A stretch of DNA of 57,545 nucleotides from a virus (IMGVR_UViG_3300010413_000035:1-57545), one strand, 5' to 3'. Shown: positions 18,860 through 28,829, numbered from the stretch's first letter. Program-made: numbers and translations. Notes: generated from the sequence alone by a model not told the origin.

Positions 18860-19040
18860 TAGTATTATAGAAATAAATATTATTTAGTGGTAAGTGTTGA
18901 GCCAATTGGCTCTTTTTTTTATGCTTAATTATACTAGTATTTTTCTAATTAGATAAATAAGTTCTAATTATAACTTTTTAAATTATAAATGTTATAATAA
19001 CCCCATAAGTCGACGGACTGTAAAAACGGGAGGAGAAATC

Positions 19041-19691
19041 ATGTATAAACAAATCAAAAAATATTTAAAATTTCTATTTTTAGCACCAGTATTTCCTATT
19101 ATTGGGGTCGAGGGAGCTACCGTTAACGATGAAGGGTCAACAAATGAATCTTCAGAAGGCGAAAATAATAATGATAATAATGGTAATGAAAATAATACTA
19201 ATGAAAGCAAAGAAAAAACATTTACTCAGGCTGAATTAGATATTATTGTTGGGAATAGGTTAAAAAAAGCCGAGAAAAAATTTCAAACAGAACATAAACT
19301 GGCTTTAGAACGTGAAAAGTTAAATGATGTTGAAAAATTAAAGCTAGATTTAGAAAATGAAAGAAAAAATACAGATAGTAAAATAGCAATGGCAAACTCA
19401 AGATTAATTAAATCTCATGCAATATCGGAATTAACAAAAGAAAATGTTATTGATATTGATGCTGTTTATGCTTTGTTAAACAAAGACAATATTGAAATTG
19501 ATGACAATGGAAATATTACTGGAGTTAAAAATGCTATTACATTATTAAAAAAAGAAAAACCTCATTTGTTTAATAATTCAACCCAAGTTATAAGAGCAGG
19601 AGATGATAGTAACCAAGGTGGAACTCCAGCTCCAAAAGGTAAAAATTTTGATATGAATTATTTATTAAGAAAAGCGACAGGAAGACTATAA
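19041..19691 (+). CDS. Capsid scaffolding protein
   Basis: KTFTQAELD, coiled coil, KPHLF; directly upstream of the major capsid gene. Confidence 0.85.
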   Translation: MYKQIKKYLKFLFLAPVFPIIGVEGATVNDEGSTNESSEGENNNDNNGNENNTNESKEKTFTQAELDIIVGNRLKKAEKKFQTEHKLALEREKLNDVEKLKLDLENERKNTDSKIAMANSRLIKSHAISELTKENVIDIDAVYALLNKDNIEIDDNGNITGVKNAITLLKKEKPHLFNNSTQVIRAGDDSNQGGTPAPKGKNFDMNYLLRKATGRL

Positions 19692-19714
19692 ATAATTAAT
19701 TAGGATGTGAAGTA

Positions 19715-20701
19715 ATGGCAAGTTATATTTCAAGAGCAAACGTAAGTCCGTTAATGCCAGAAGAATTTCAAAGGGAGATTGTTCAAAGTGTTGCTGAACA
19801 GTCAATTATAATGCAAGTATCCAAAAGACTGTCAAATATGGCAAGAGGTCAAAGAAGAATCCCAGTTCTTAGTGCTTTACCAACGGCTTATTTTTCAAAT
19901 CCAGGTAGTAGTGCTGAGGATAATGATATTCCATTCAAAAATACTACTAAAATGCAGTGGGCGAATAAATACATTGATGCTGAGGAGCTAAATGTAATAA
20001 TTGCCATTCCAGAGTCTGCACTTGATGACCAAGATTATGACTTATGGGGGGAAATTAAACCTAAATTGCTTGAAGCTTTTGGACTTGCATTTGATAAAGC
20101 AGTTTTATATGGAATTCAAGCTCCATCAAGCTGGGCGACTAATATATATACGGCATCCCAAGCTGCAGGAAATTTTGTTGAACTATCAACTGGTGCAAGT
20201 GCTAGTCTTTATGATGACATTTTAAGTGAAGGTGGAGTCATTCAAAAGGTAGAGTTAGATGGCTATATGGCATCTGGTCATATTGCAGATATGTCAATGA
20301 GGGCTAAACTAAGAGGTGTCAAAGATTCAACTGGTCAACCAATTTTTAAAACTGTATATAAAGATGGTATGCAAGGTGGGACTAATTATGAGCTTGACGG
20401 TGAAATGATGTATTTTCCTAGAAATGGTTGCATGATTCCAGAAAGTGCTTTGATGTTTTCAGGCGATTGGAGTCAATTAGTTTATGCAATAAGACAAGAT
20501 ATTTCATGGAAAATATTAGACCAAGCCGTTATTCAAGACCCATCAACTGGAGCTATAGTTTACAATTTAGCACAGCAGGACATGGTTGCATTAAGGGGAA
20601 CTATGAGACTTGGATGGCAAGTTCCAAACCCAATTAATAGAGTTCAAAGTGATTCTACTAAAAGATATCCATTTGCTGTATTAGGAGTTTCTGGAAGTTA
20701 A
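19715..20701 (+). CDS. Major capsid protein (HK97 fold)
   Basis: FDKAVLYG, LRGVKDSTGQPIF, GDWSQ, NLAQQDMVALR; ends in GS. Confidence 0.9.
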   Translation: MASYISRANVSPLMPEEFQREIVQSVAEQSIIMQVSKRLSNMARGQRRIPVLSALPTAYFSNPGSSAEDNDIPFKNTTKMQWANKYIDAEELNVIIAIPESALDDQDYDLWGEIKPKLLEAFGLAFDKAVLYGIQAPSSWATNIYTASQAAGNFVELSTGASASLYDDILSEGGVIQKVELDGYMASGHIADMSMRAKLRGVKDSTGQPIFKTVYKDGMQGGTNYELDGEMMYFPRNGCMIPESALMFSGDWSQLVYAIRQDISWKILDQAVIQDPSTGAIVYNLAQQDMVALRGTMRLGWQVPNPINRVQSDSTKRYPFAVLGVSGS

Positions 20702-20743
20702 TTATAACTTCCTTCCTTTAATTTTTTTTAGAAAGGTGATTAA

Positions 20744-21001
20744 ATGCCCAAAATAATATTTTTAAAACCATGTTACTACAAAGGTAAAAAATTTGATAAA
20801 GATACAATTTTAGATATGCCCTTAAATACAATTCTGGAATATAAAAAATTTGGGAAAGTAAAATTTTATTTTGGGAAATCTAAAAAGATTGAAGATTACA
20901 GTTATAATGAATTACAAAAATTTTGTAAATCTAAAGGTTTGAGAGCAGTTGGTAAAAAGTGTGAGTTGCTTGAAGAATTGAAAAGGAATGACATAATATG
21001 A
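20744..21001 (+). CDS. Small head-associated protein with C-terminal SAP/Rho-N-like motif
   Basis: YNELQKFCKSKGL..VGKK.ELL..L. Confidence 0.65.
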   Translation: MPKIIFLKPCYYKGKKFDKDTILDMPLNTILEYKKFGKVKFYFGKSKKIEDYSYNELQKFCKSKGLRAVGKKCELLEELKRNDII

Positions 21002-21204
21002 TTCAAAAAGATTTTTCTCCAGATGGTGGGAAAATGATCCAAAGGGACGGCTCAATATTTTATTTAAGTGATTTATTAAATACTTTATACAATGCGAGTA
21101 ATAATGGTTATGAAGCTTTAAAAATTTTTGATATTGATAGATGTATGATTAATAATGGTTTAATGTTTCAAACTGGTAATATTTATACTAGCTTATGCAA
21201 TTAA
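20998..21204 (+). CDS. Hypothetical protein
   Basis: AAAGGA RBS, overlaps the previous stop. Confidence 0.55.
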   Translation: MIQKDFSPDGGKMIQRDGSIFYLSDLLNTLYNASNNGYEALKIFDIDRCMINNGLMFQTGNIYTSLCN

Positions 21205-21243
21205 TGTAAATTTTATGTTTTATGATATGGGTTGTGATGTATA

Positions 21244-21441
21244 ATGCCTTATTCACTTAATAACAAACCTGAATTTTTAAATCAACTTCCAAAACAAGCA
21301 CAAAGAATTTTTATAAATGCTTTTAATAGTAGTTATGAAAAAAATAAAAATGATGAAATAGCAACAAAAACAGCGTGGTCTGCAATTAAAAAAGCTGGGT
21401 TTAGTAAAAATAAAGACGGAATTTGGAGGCGATGGAATTAA
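21244..21441 (+). CDS. ChaB family protein
   Basis: MPY...LP.QAQRIF.NAFNS...A...AWSAIK...K..DG.W. Confidence 0.85.
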   Translation: MPYSLNNKPEFLNQLPKQAQRIFINAFNSSYEKNKNDEIATKTAWSAIKKAGFSKNKDGIWRRWN

Positions 21442-21875
21442 TGTATATTACACCAACAGAATATAATACAATTACTGGAAGAGACTCAACCGAGGCAACA
21501 ACTATTAGAATAACATTATCAAGTAAATTACTTGATTCAAGAATAGGCAATTATCCGACATTTGAGGATATTGGCTATAAAATTAATTCTAGTTGGCAAG
21601 TTGAGGAAGATGGGGTCAATACTACATTAACCAAAAGTAAAAAAGATGCCATCCAAATGTGGGTCGCTCAAATGGTAAGTTATTTATATGACAATAATGA
21701 TACACCACCAACTTCTGAAAGTGGAGTCAGTTTAGGTCGATTTTCAGTTAATGGAAGTTCTAATATTTCTGATATTCCAGATGAGGTTAAGTATGCTGAT
21801 AGTATTCTAATATCAAGTGGAATTATAAATCGCAAAGTTGGAAGATACAGAAGGAATGAGTTATATGACTTCTAA
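21441..21875 (+). CDS. Head-tail connector/adaptor
   Basis: MYIT..EY start, SLGRFSV, synteny. Confidence 0.7.
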   Translation: MYITPTEYNTITGRDSTEATTIRITLSSKLLDSRIGNYPTFEDIGYKINSSWQVEEDGVNTTLTKSKKDAIQMWVAQMVSYLYDNNDTPPTSESGVSLGRFSVNGSSNISDIPDEVKYADSILISSGIINRKVGRYRRNELYDF

Positions 21876-22209
21876 AGTAATTTATAATAAATTAATGAAA
21901 CACAAAGTAAATTTAAAAAAATTAAAGAGAAATTCTTACGGGGATTTTACAGTTTTATCTACTACAACAGGTTTAAAAGGGTTTGTGCAATATGGCGAGA
22001 AATTAATTACAAAAGAAAATAAAGAAATTGTAACTTGTACTGCAATTGTTTTTTTAAAAGATAATTGTGGTATTGATATCAATTGGGAATATTGGCAAAT
22101 TGACCAAACATATCCATATGTAAGAAGTGGATTAATGGTACAAAATATCGACCCAGTTGATGACCCAAGAAGTGGGAAAACTCACCATTTTGAAATTTTA
22201 GTTAAATAA
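21865..22209 (+). CDS. Head closure (stopper) protein
   Basis: Beta-rich, ends HHFEI; synteny. Confidence 0.65.
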   Translation: MTSKVIYNKLMKHKVNLKKLKRNSYGDFTVLSTTTGLKGFVQYGEKLITKENKEIVTCTAIVFLKDNCGIDINWEYWQIDQTYPYVRSGLMVQNIDPVDDPRSGKTHHFEILVK

Positions 22210-22220
22210 GGAGATATATT

Positions 22221-22598
22221 ATGGCAAGTATTAGGTGGAAGGAATGGAACGGAGACGAGTGTTTAGAATTAATTGTAAAAGCTTGTGGTGTTGGTATAGA
22301 TGAGTGGTTAGAACTTGTAAAATCTATATCACAACGAGAAGTCCCACTCGATGAGGGTTCATTAATGAAAAGTTGCTATATAATGTCAAAAATATCAAAA
22401 ACTAAAATTGATGGGTCTATTAGTTATGGTGGTGGTAGTGGGACTGGAATTCCTAGAATCCCATATGCTGTAAGATGGCATTTTGAAGATGCTAATTTCC
22501 AACATGGAAGAAAAAATAATTATTTAAAAGACCCTACTTATAACAATATTTCTAAAATACAAGATTTTTGTAAAAAAAGAATTGGAGGGGTCTTATGA
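22221..22598 (+). CDS. Neck/tail completion protein (HK97 gp10-like)
   Basis: VPLDEGSL..S and PYAVRWH. Confidence 0.75.
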   Translation: MASIRWKEWNGDECLELIVKACGVGIDEWLELVKSISQREVPLDEGSLMKSCYIMSKISKTKIDGSISYGGGSGTGIPRIPYAVRWHFEDANFQHGRKNNYLKDPTYNNISKIQDFCKKRIGGVL

Positions 22599-23005
22599 TA
22601 GCAAATCAAGTTTGTAATTTTTTTAATGGTAAATATGGACTTGTAAAGGAAACTAATTTATTTGTTGGGTTTAGACCAGACACACCTAATAATTTAGTTG
22701 CTATTTATGACAGCACTGCTCCACCTTTACCAGAAAGTAGTTGTTTAAGCATTGACCAGGTTGGAATAGAAATAATTGTAAGACATTCCAATTATGAAGA
22801 TGCTGCGACTTTTTGTTGGAATTTATATTATCAATTAATTGGTTTTGGGGGACGTGAGCTGGTTGAAGATGGGAATATTATTAGTTATATAATTCAAGAC
22901 CAAACCCCATATAGTATCGGAAAAGATGATAATAATAGAAATGAGTGGGGAACTAATTTAATTGTAAGGTTTGAGCCAAAACAAGTAAATAATTTTAGAT
23001 TATAA
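22595..23005 (+). CDS. Tail terminator (minor capsid 3-like)
   Basis: LFVG.RPD.P, IGKDDNNR.EW..N. Confidence 0.75.
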   Translation: MIANQVCNFFNGKYGLVKETNLFVGFRPDTPNNLVAIYDSTAPPLPESSCLSIDQVGIEIIVRHSNYEDAATFCWNLYYQLIGFGGRELVEDGNIISYIIQDQTPYSIGKDDNNRNEWGTNLIVRFEPKQVNNFRL

Positions 23006-23020
23006 AAGGAGTTGTTTTAT

Positions 23021-23446
23021 ATGCCTGAAGTAAAATTTGGAAATACCGTTGTTGAGATTGATGATGTAGTTATTGCAAAAATTACAAGTTGGACTGCATC
23101 TTCCGAAATAAGTGAGGAAGATGTAACTGGCAGTGAAGATGTTGTGGCAGGATCAAATGTCTTATCACAAGTTTATACACCAATCGCAGTGTCTAAAACA
23201 TGTGAAGTTGAAGGAATAGTCATAGAATCCGAGTCAGTTGGAAGAGATTATGGTCAATCGGCTTTAAAAACTGCAGCTGATAGTGGGAAAATGGTAACTG
23301 TAAAAGAAACAAGAAATACAGGTCATGGGAATGCTAGTACTGGCTTTTTTACATCTTATGAAGAAAGTGCCTCAACATCTGAGGTTTATAAATTTAAAGG
23401 GACTTTTAGGGTAAATGAGACTACACCAATTACACCAGGTTCTTAA
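23021..23446 (+). CDS. Major tail tube protein
   Basis: EEDVT, GQ.AL..A, G.FTSYEES; synteny; ends in GS. Confidence 0.8.
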   Translation: MPEVKFGNTVVEIDDVVIAKITSWTASSEISEEDVTGSEDVVAGSNVLSQVYTPIAVSKTCEVEGIVIESESVGRDYGQSALKTAADSGKMVTVKETRNTGHGNASTGFFTSYEESASTSEVYKFKGTFRVNETTPITPGS

Positions 23447-23472
23447 TAAACTAATTGAAAGGATTTAATATT

Positions 23473-23937
23473 ATGAATAATGAAAACCCTCGTTTTAAAA
23501 ATAATGAAGAAAGAATTAAATATTTAGATGAGCAATGTTTAGAATTAGCAACAAATCAAGAGGAAATGCTAGTGTTGGATTTTGATAAAGCAATTGAAGA
23601 ATCAAAGTCTGAATATTTCAATGTAAAATTAAATAATAAAATTTTTAAAATTCCTTCAAGTATGCCTCTTGGTTTTGCTACTTTCTTTTTTAGAAATTGT
23701 ATGCATAATGAAAGTTTTGATTTGGATGATAAAGATTTAGAAAAATTTTTAGATTTAATGTTTGGTGCTGATTTTATAAATGAAGCATCAATAATAAATG
23801 TACCTACAAAAATATTATTTGAAAAAATGGCAATGCCTATTTTAGAAAAGTGGGGATATAATACTGAACAAAAAAATCAAAATAAAGCTCAAATTGCAAA
23901 ATCAAACATGGAAAAAAAAATGGGAGTGAGGAGATAA
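23473..23937 (+). CDS. Tail assembly chaperone
   Basis: Between tail tube and tape measure; slippery GAAAAAAAAA near the 3' end. Confidence 0.75.
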   Translation: MNNENPRFKNNEERIKYLDEQCLELATNQEEMLVLDFDKAIEESKSEYFNVKLNNKIFKIPSSMPLGFATFFFRNCMHNESFDLDDKDLEKFLDLMFGADFINEASIINVPTKILFEKMAMPILEKWGYNTEQKNQNKAQIAKSNMEKKMGVRR

Positions 23938-24155
23938 ACCCCAAAATTTTTATTTGGGCATTTGGAAGTCTTGAAGCTGATTTTTTAAGGGAATATAAAA
24001 TCGATCTCTTAAAGGAAGTTAAATTAAATAAAATGACTTTTAGAAAATTTTTGATTTTAGTAAAAGGTTTGTCTCCAGATGCTTCTTTTAGACATTGGTG
24101 TAGTAATAAAGAAAATAGAAATTTTATTGAATATAGAAATAAAAATTATTATTAA
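23919..24155 (+). CDS. -1 frameshift extension of tail assembly chaperone (A118 gp15-like)
   Basis: Open -1 frame NGSEEINPKIFIWAFGSLEADFLREYKIDLL...FRKFLILVKGL ending just before the tape measure gene. Confidence 0.75.
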   Translation, partial: NGSEEINPKIFIWAFGSLEADFLREYKIDLLKEVKLNKMTFRKFLILVKGLSPDASFRHWCSNKENRNFIEYRNKNYY

Positions 24156-24167
24156 GGGATGATTTAA

Positions 24168-27100
24168 ATGGGAGTTATAGTTGGACAGTTAGAAGTTCAA
24201 ATTAACGGAGACGCCTCTAATCTTTCATCTAGTTTAAACAATATAAAAAGTGATGGTTTGAAATTTACAAGCAGTTTACAAGGAAATGTTAGTAATTTAT
24301 TGAGTAGTTTTGGTGGCTTAGGTAGTGGAATTAGTGTCGCTTTAACTGGAGCTATTACACTTTTTGATACAATTGGAAATGCAATTAAATCAGTTGGTAC
24401 TAATTTAACTCAATATTTAACTGTTCCATTGGCAGCTGCTTCGACAGCCGTTTTTACTTTTGGGAAAAATTTTGAATCTGAAATGTCAAAAGTTACCGGA
24501 CTTGTTGGGGTATCAACAGACCAAGTTGACGAATGGGGAACTACTATTTTAGATTTAGCTCCTACGATTGGGCAAACCCCCCAAAATTTAGCCGAGGGAC
24601 TTTTTTATGTTACAAGTGCTGGAATAAAAGGAGCAGAGGCGATGGAAGTTTTAGAAATGTCTGGAAAAGCAGCCTCTGCTGGGTTAGGCGAAACTGCAAC
24701 AATAGCCGATTTAGTTACCTCGGCTATGAATGCTTACGGCTCGGAAAACTTAAGTGCATCCCAAGCGACAGATATACTTGTTGCAGCCGTTCGGGAAGGT
24801 AAAGCCGAGGCATCGGAACTCGCAGCCTCAATGGGGCAGGTTTTGCCGATTGCAAGTGAAATGGGGGTATCATTCGACCAAGTCGCAGCTGCCCAGGCTG
24901 CAATGACACGTACTGGGACGAGTGCAAGTGAGGCAAGTACGCAATTAAAAGCAATAATGAGTGGGTTGTTAAAGCCTTCTGTCCAAGCCGAGGAGGCATT
25001 GGCTGGAATGGGAACATCAAGTGCAGAATTAAGAAAAAGTATTAAAGAAAAAGGATTAATTAGTACTTTAGGTGATTTAAGAACTTTGACAAATAAATAC
25101 GGTGAGGACGCTATGGCTAAGGTATTTCCTAACATTAGAGCCTTGTCTGGTGTCCTTGATTTAATGGGGTCAAATGCTGACGATAATATTGAAATATTCG
25201 ACAGTGTTGCTGATAGTACTGGTTCATTAGATAAAGCTTTTCAGTCTGCAGCTGAAACTGCCGATTTCAAATGGAATCAAGCTTTAAGTCAATTACAAAG
25301 TACGGCAATCACTTTTTTTGATACTTTAAAAGTTGCAGCAATCCCAATATTAGAAAAATTAGTTGAAGTATTAAAGTGGGTCTCGGATTCTTTTAATTCA
25401 TTATCTCCAACAATGCAAAAAGCTACTTTAATTTTTGCGACAGGTTTGGCTGTCCTCGGACCAGCTTTGACACTAATAGGGACGGCAATATCGGCACTTA
25501 TACCAACTATACTTGGAATTGCGACCACTTTTCTGGCTGTTACTACTTCAGTTATTTTATTTGGGGGAATAATGGCTGGAATCATTGCAATAATATCAGC
25601 AGTTGTTGTTGCAATAGGAGGCTTAGTTGCATCTTTTATAAAATTATATAAAAGTAATGCAGAATTTAGAAAAAACGTGCAGACTACATGGAATAAAATA
25701 AAAGAAACAGCAATTGATGTTTTTAATTATATAAAATTAATTATTACAAAAACTTTTAATAAAATAAAAGAATTTTGGGATAAACATGGGGAAACTATTT
25801 TAAATATTTTTGAAAAAGTATGGAATGTAGTTTTAAATATAATAAATGATGCTTTAACTTTTATACAAACTATAATAAAATCAGCGACATCAATTATAAA
25901 CGGTGATTGGGAAACTGCTTGGAATTTAATTAAAGATTTATTTTCCCAAAAATGGGAAGAGATAAAAACTGTATTCTCAACTGTATTTTCAATATTAGTA
26001 AATTATGCAAAACAAAAATTTGTAGAGTTAAAAGATGCAATAGTAGCTAAATTAATTGAAACAAAAAATTCAATTGTTGAATGGTTTGTTAATTTGCCAA
26101 CAATGGCAGCAGAGCAATTGGAATTATTTAAAACTTCAATTCAAACTAAATTTGATGAAATTAAAGAAAATATTTTATTAAAACTTGAAGAATGGAAACA
26201 AGCTATTATTGAATGGTTTCAAACAATGCCAGAAAATTTAGTATCATTATTGGAATCATGGAAAGAAATTTTAATAAATTATTTCAATGAACAAAACGAG
26301 GAAAATAAAAAACAATTTGCAATATGGTGGGAGGCTATTAAAGAATGGTTTACATCAATACCAGAAAAAATCAAAGCAAAACTTGAAACATGGAAAGAAA
26401 CTATTATAAATTTTTATAATGAAACTAAAGAAAAAATAGCTACTAAATTAAATGAATGGTGGGAGACTATTAAAACATGGTTTTCTAATGCTCCAGGGAA
26501 AATTAAAGGATTTTTGAATAATTGGTGGAATACTATGGCTCAATGGTATGAAAACGCAAAAGCCAAAATAAAAACCAAATTGGAAGGCTGGTGGCAAACT
26601 ATAAAAAGTTGGTTTTCATCAGTTCCCGAAAAATCCGAAATTAAAAATTCTGGGTCAAAAATGGTGGATAAAATTGCCAAAGGGGCAAAAGATAAAAAAT
26701 CAGATTTTACGGAAAAACTAGGGAAATTAATTGTTGATGTAGCATTGGCAGCATTAGCAGTCGCAGCCGTTACTTTAGTCGCAACTGGTCGAGAAATTGT
26801 AAAAAGAATAATTTCTGGGGTTGGAAAAGTTAGTTTAAAAAGTGCTGGTCAAAAAATTGTAAAATCTTTATTGTCTGGAATTAAATCAATGTATTCTAAC
26901 GTGTCAAATGTTTGTTATTCGTTAGCATCTAAGATTAGAGATTTTTTCCCTTTTAGTCCTGCAAAAGTCGGACCTTTAAAAGATATTGACAAAATGGACT
27001 TTGGAACTTCAATCGCAAAAAGTATTAACAAATCTTATGTTGATGTAATTCCATCTGTCGGAAATTTAGCCGAAACAATTAGTGGGGGATTAATTAATGA

Positions 27101-27254
27101 TATGGAATCAGCCAATTTAAGTGTAGCTGGGGCAACAACTGGAAAAAGTTTAAGTATTGGAAATATTAATGTTGATACTGTTCAAGATGCAACTGAATTT
27201 TTAAAAGAATTAAAAAAAGAAATTACAAAAAGGACTGGAAGTAGGTTTTTATAA
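24168..27254 (+). CDS. Tape measure protein (TP901 core, Trp-periodic repeats)
   Basis: FESEMSKV core, hydrophobic segment, regularly spaced W/F, FPFSPAK.GPL. Confidence 0.92.
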   Translation: MGVIVGQLEVQINGDASNLSSSLNNIKSDGLKFTSSLQGNVSNLLSSFGGLGSGISVALTGAITLFDTIGNAIKSVGTNLTQYLTVPLAAASTAVFTFGKNFESEMSKVTGLVGVSTDQVDEWGTTILDLAPTIGQTPQNLAEGLFYVTSAGIKGAEAMEVLEMSGKAASAGLGETATIADLVTSAMNAYGSENLSASQATDILVAAVREGKAEASELAASMGQVLPIASEMGVSFDQVAAAQAAMTRTGTSASEASTQLKAIMSGLLKPSVQAEEALAGMGTSSAELRKSIKEKGLISTLGDLRTLTNKYGEDAMAKVFPNIRALSGVLDLMGSNADDNIEIFDSVADSTGSLDKAFQSAAETADFKWNQALSQLQSTAITFFDTLKVAAIPILEKLVEVLKWVSDSFNSLSPTMQKATLIFATGLAVLGPALTLIGTAISALIPTILGIATTFLAVTTSVILFGGIMAGIIAIISAVVVAIGGLVASFIKLYKSNAEFRKNVQTTWNKIKETAIDVFNYIKLIITKTFNKIKEFWDKHGETILNIFEKVWNVVLNIINDALTFIQTIIKSATSIINGDWETAWNLIKDLFSQKWEEIKTVFSTVFSILVNYAKQKFVELKDAIVAKLIETKNSIVEWFVNLPTMAAEQLELFKTSIQTKFDEIKENILLKLEEWKQAIIEWFQTMPENLVSLLESWKEILINYFNEQNEENKKQFAIWWEAIKEWFTSIPEKIKAKLETWKETIINFYNETKEKIATKLNEWWETIKTWFSNAPGKIKGFLNNWWNTMAQWYENAKAKIKTKLEGWWQTIKSWFSSVPEKSEIKNSGSKMVDKIAKGAKDKKSDFTEKLGKLIVDVALAALAVAAVTLVATGREIVKRIISGVGKVSLKSAGQKIVKSLLSGIKSMYSNVSNVCYSLASKIRDFFPFSPAKVGPLKDIDKMDFGTSIAKSINKSYVDVIPSVGNLAETISGGLINDMESANLSVAGATTGKSLSIGNINVDTVQDATEFLKELKKEITKRTGSRFL

Positions 27255-27255
27255 A

Positions 27256-28809
27256 ATGTCTATATTTACATTATTAATTGATAATAAAAAATTAAAAGAA
27301 GGTTTAAAAGTTAAAGCATCAACATTAAAATTTAACTTTGCCGAGCCAGGGACTGTATCTACTTTAACTTTTGACATGATTGATAACAATATATCTGGGG
27401 TTCCATTAGTCAAAGAAGATATAATTGGAAAACCAATTAAATTATATGATTCAAATGGGAATTTAGAATTTGGTGGTCAATTAGATGAGCCAGAAATTAA
27501 TAAAATTGATGAATACCCAAAATATAAAATTCGCATGATTGCTCTTGACTGGCATTATATGACAAAAACAAAATATGTTAATAATAATTATAGTAGGCAA
27601 TTAATATCTAATTTATTTAAACAAATTGTAGATGATTATTTAGCATTAGATGGGATTTGGTATGATTCAACAAGTATACAAGAAACAACAGATTTATATG
27701 TGGCTGCAACATATGATTATACTTTGATAAGTGATTCTTTTGACGAATTATGCGAACTTATAAACTGGCAATGGAAAATAGATGCAAATAAAAAAATATA
27801 TTTCAATGATACCAGGACGGATGTTGGGGAAAGTTTAATTGAAAACAATGGAAGATACAGACCCAAAAGTTTATATTTCAATTGTAATAGAGACGAATAT
27901 TCAAACCAACAAATTTTAAAAAATGTAACTGGTATTACAAACCAGTTAACTGAATATATTGGGAGATGGTTTGATGATACAAATACTTTTAATGTATTAT
28001 ACCCAATTAACTCAGTTCCTGAAATTTACGAGTCGGCTTGGGAAAATAGACTAAATCCCTTAGAAAGTGAAAGAATTGACCCTTCATTGGTTGGAATTAA
28101 AAATGTTTCTTCTGATGAGGACGGGTATATTTATTTCTGGAACAAAGGCTCGACCGAAATTTCAAAATCCGAAAACCACGTAATTACGTCAGGAAGATAT
28201 TTAATTTGCAAATATTACGGGCAATATTCTTATACAATAGTTAAAACTGATAGTTCCCAAATCTCTGCGAGGTCGGCTATTGAAGGGACACAAGGTTTAT
28301 ATCAATTTGTAAGAGATGGCTCGGAAATTGAAAGTTTGGATATAGGCGAGGAAAAGGCAAGTGCATTACTAGAAAGATATAACCAAATTGCAAAAAAAAT
28401 AAATGTTGAAAGTTATAATATTAATTGGGAAATTGGTCAAATTGTTGATGTTATAATTCCAAGTTTTGGAGTTAATAGTTTAGTAAGTGAAGGAAATGGT
28501 TATTTAGTTATTGAAAAGAAAATTGATAATATTGGTCATTTATTTTTAAAAAGTTATACGCTTTGCGATGGTGGTGCTATTGGTGGCTGGGCTACATTTT
28601 ATTCTAAATGGTTAAATTATCAAGTTAAAGACTGGACATTAAGGGAAGATGTTGAAATTTCACAAGTTTATTTATCTGAAGAAGCAACAAACCCAGGTGG
28701 GACTATTGTTTGTAATAGAATTACAGCATTAGCTCCGTCGACTTCATTAGCTCCGTCGACTTCATTAGCTCCAGGCACTTTGGTTGCAAGTAATACATAT
28801 TATGATTAA
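27256..28809 (+). CDS. Tail tip/baseplate hub protein
   Basis: Follows tape measure; W.ID..K.IYF and A.ALLE.Y motifs. Confidence 0.65.
   Translation: MSIFTLLIDNKKLKEGLKVKASTLKFNFAEPGTVSTLTFDMIDNNISGVPLVKEDIIGKPIKLYDSNGNLEFGGQLDEPEINKIDEYPKYKIRMIALDWHYMTKTKYVNNNYSRQLISNLFKQIVDDYLALDGIWYDSTSIQETTDLYVAATYDYTLISDSFDELCELINWQWKIDANKKIYFNDTRTDVGESLIENNGRYRPKSLYFNCNRDEYSNQQILKNVTGITNQLTEYIGRWFDDTNTFNVLYPINSVPEIYESAWENRLNPLESERIDPSLVGIKNVSSDEDGYIYFWNKGSTEISKSENHVITSGRYLICKYYGQYSYTIVKTDSSQISARSAIEGTQGLYQFVRDGSEIESLDIGEEKASALLERYNQIAKKINVESYNINWEIGQIVDVIIPSFGVNSLVSEGNGYLVIEKKIDNIGHLFLKSYTLCDGGAIGGWATFYSKWLNYQVKDWTLREDVEISQVYLSEEATNPGGTIVCNRITALAPSTSLAPSTSLAPGTLVASNTYYD
28727..28772 (+). repeat. 18-bp tandem repeat x2.5 (LAPSTS)
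   Basis: CATTAGCTCCGTCGACTT at 28727 and 28745, partial at 28763. Confidence 0.9.
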
Positions 28810-28829
28810 TTTAAGGGAGTTGACTTATA

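Noticed and set aside
24533-25585. Overlapping and antisense ORFs within the tape measure gene
   Set aside because: Shadow ORFs of a relatively GC-richer coding region, without RBS; same for the antisense ORFs at 113, 2527, 2609, 4764, 7142, 7986, 12359, 14150, 32241 and 49549
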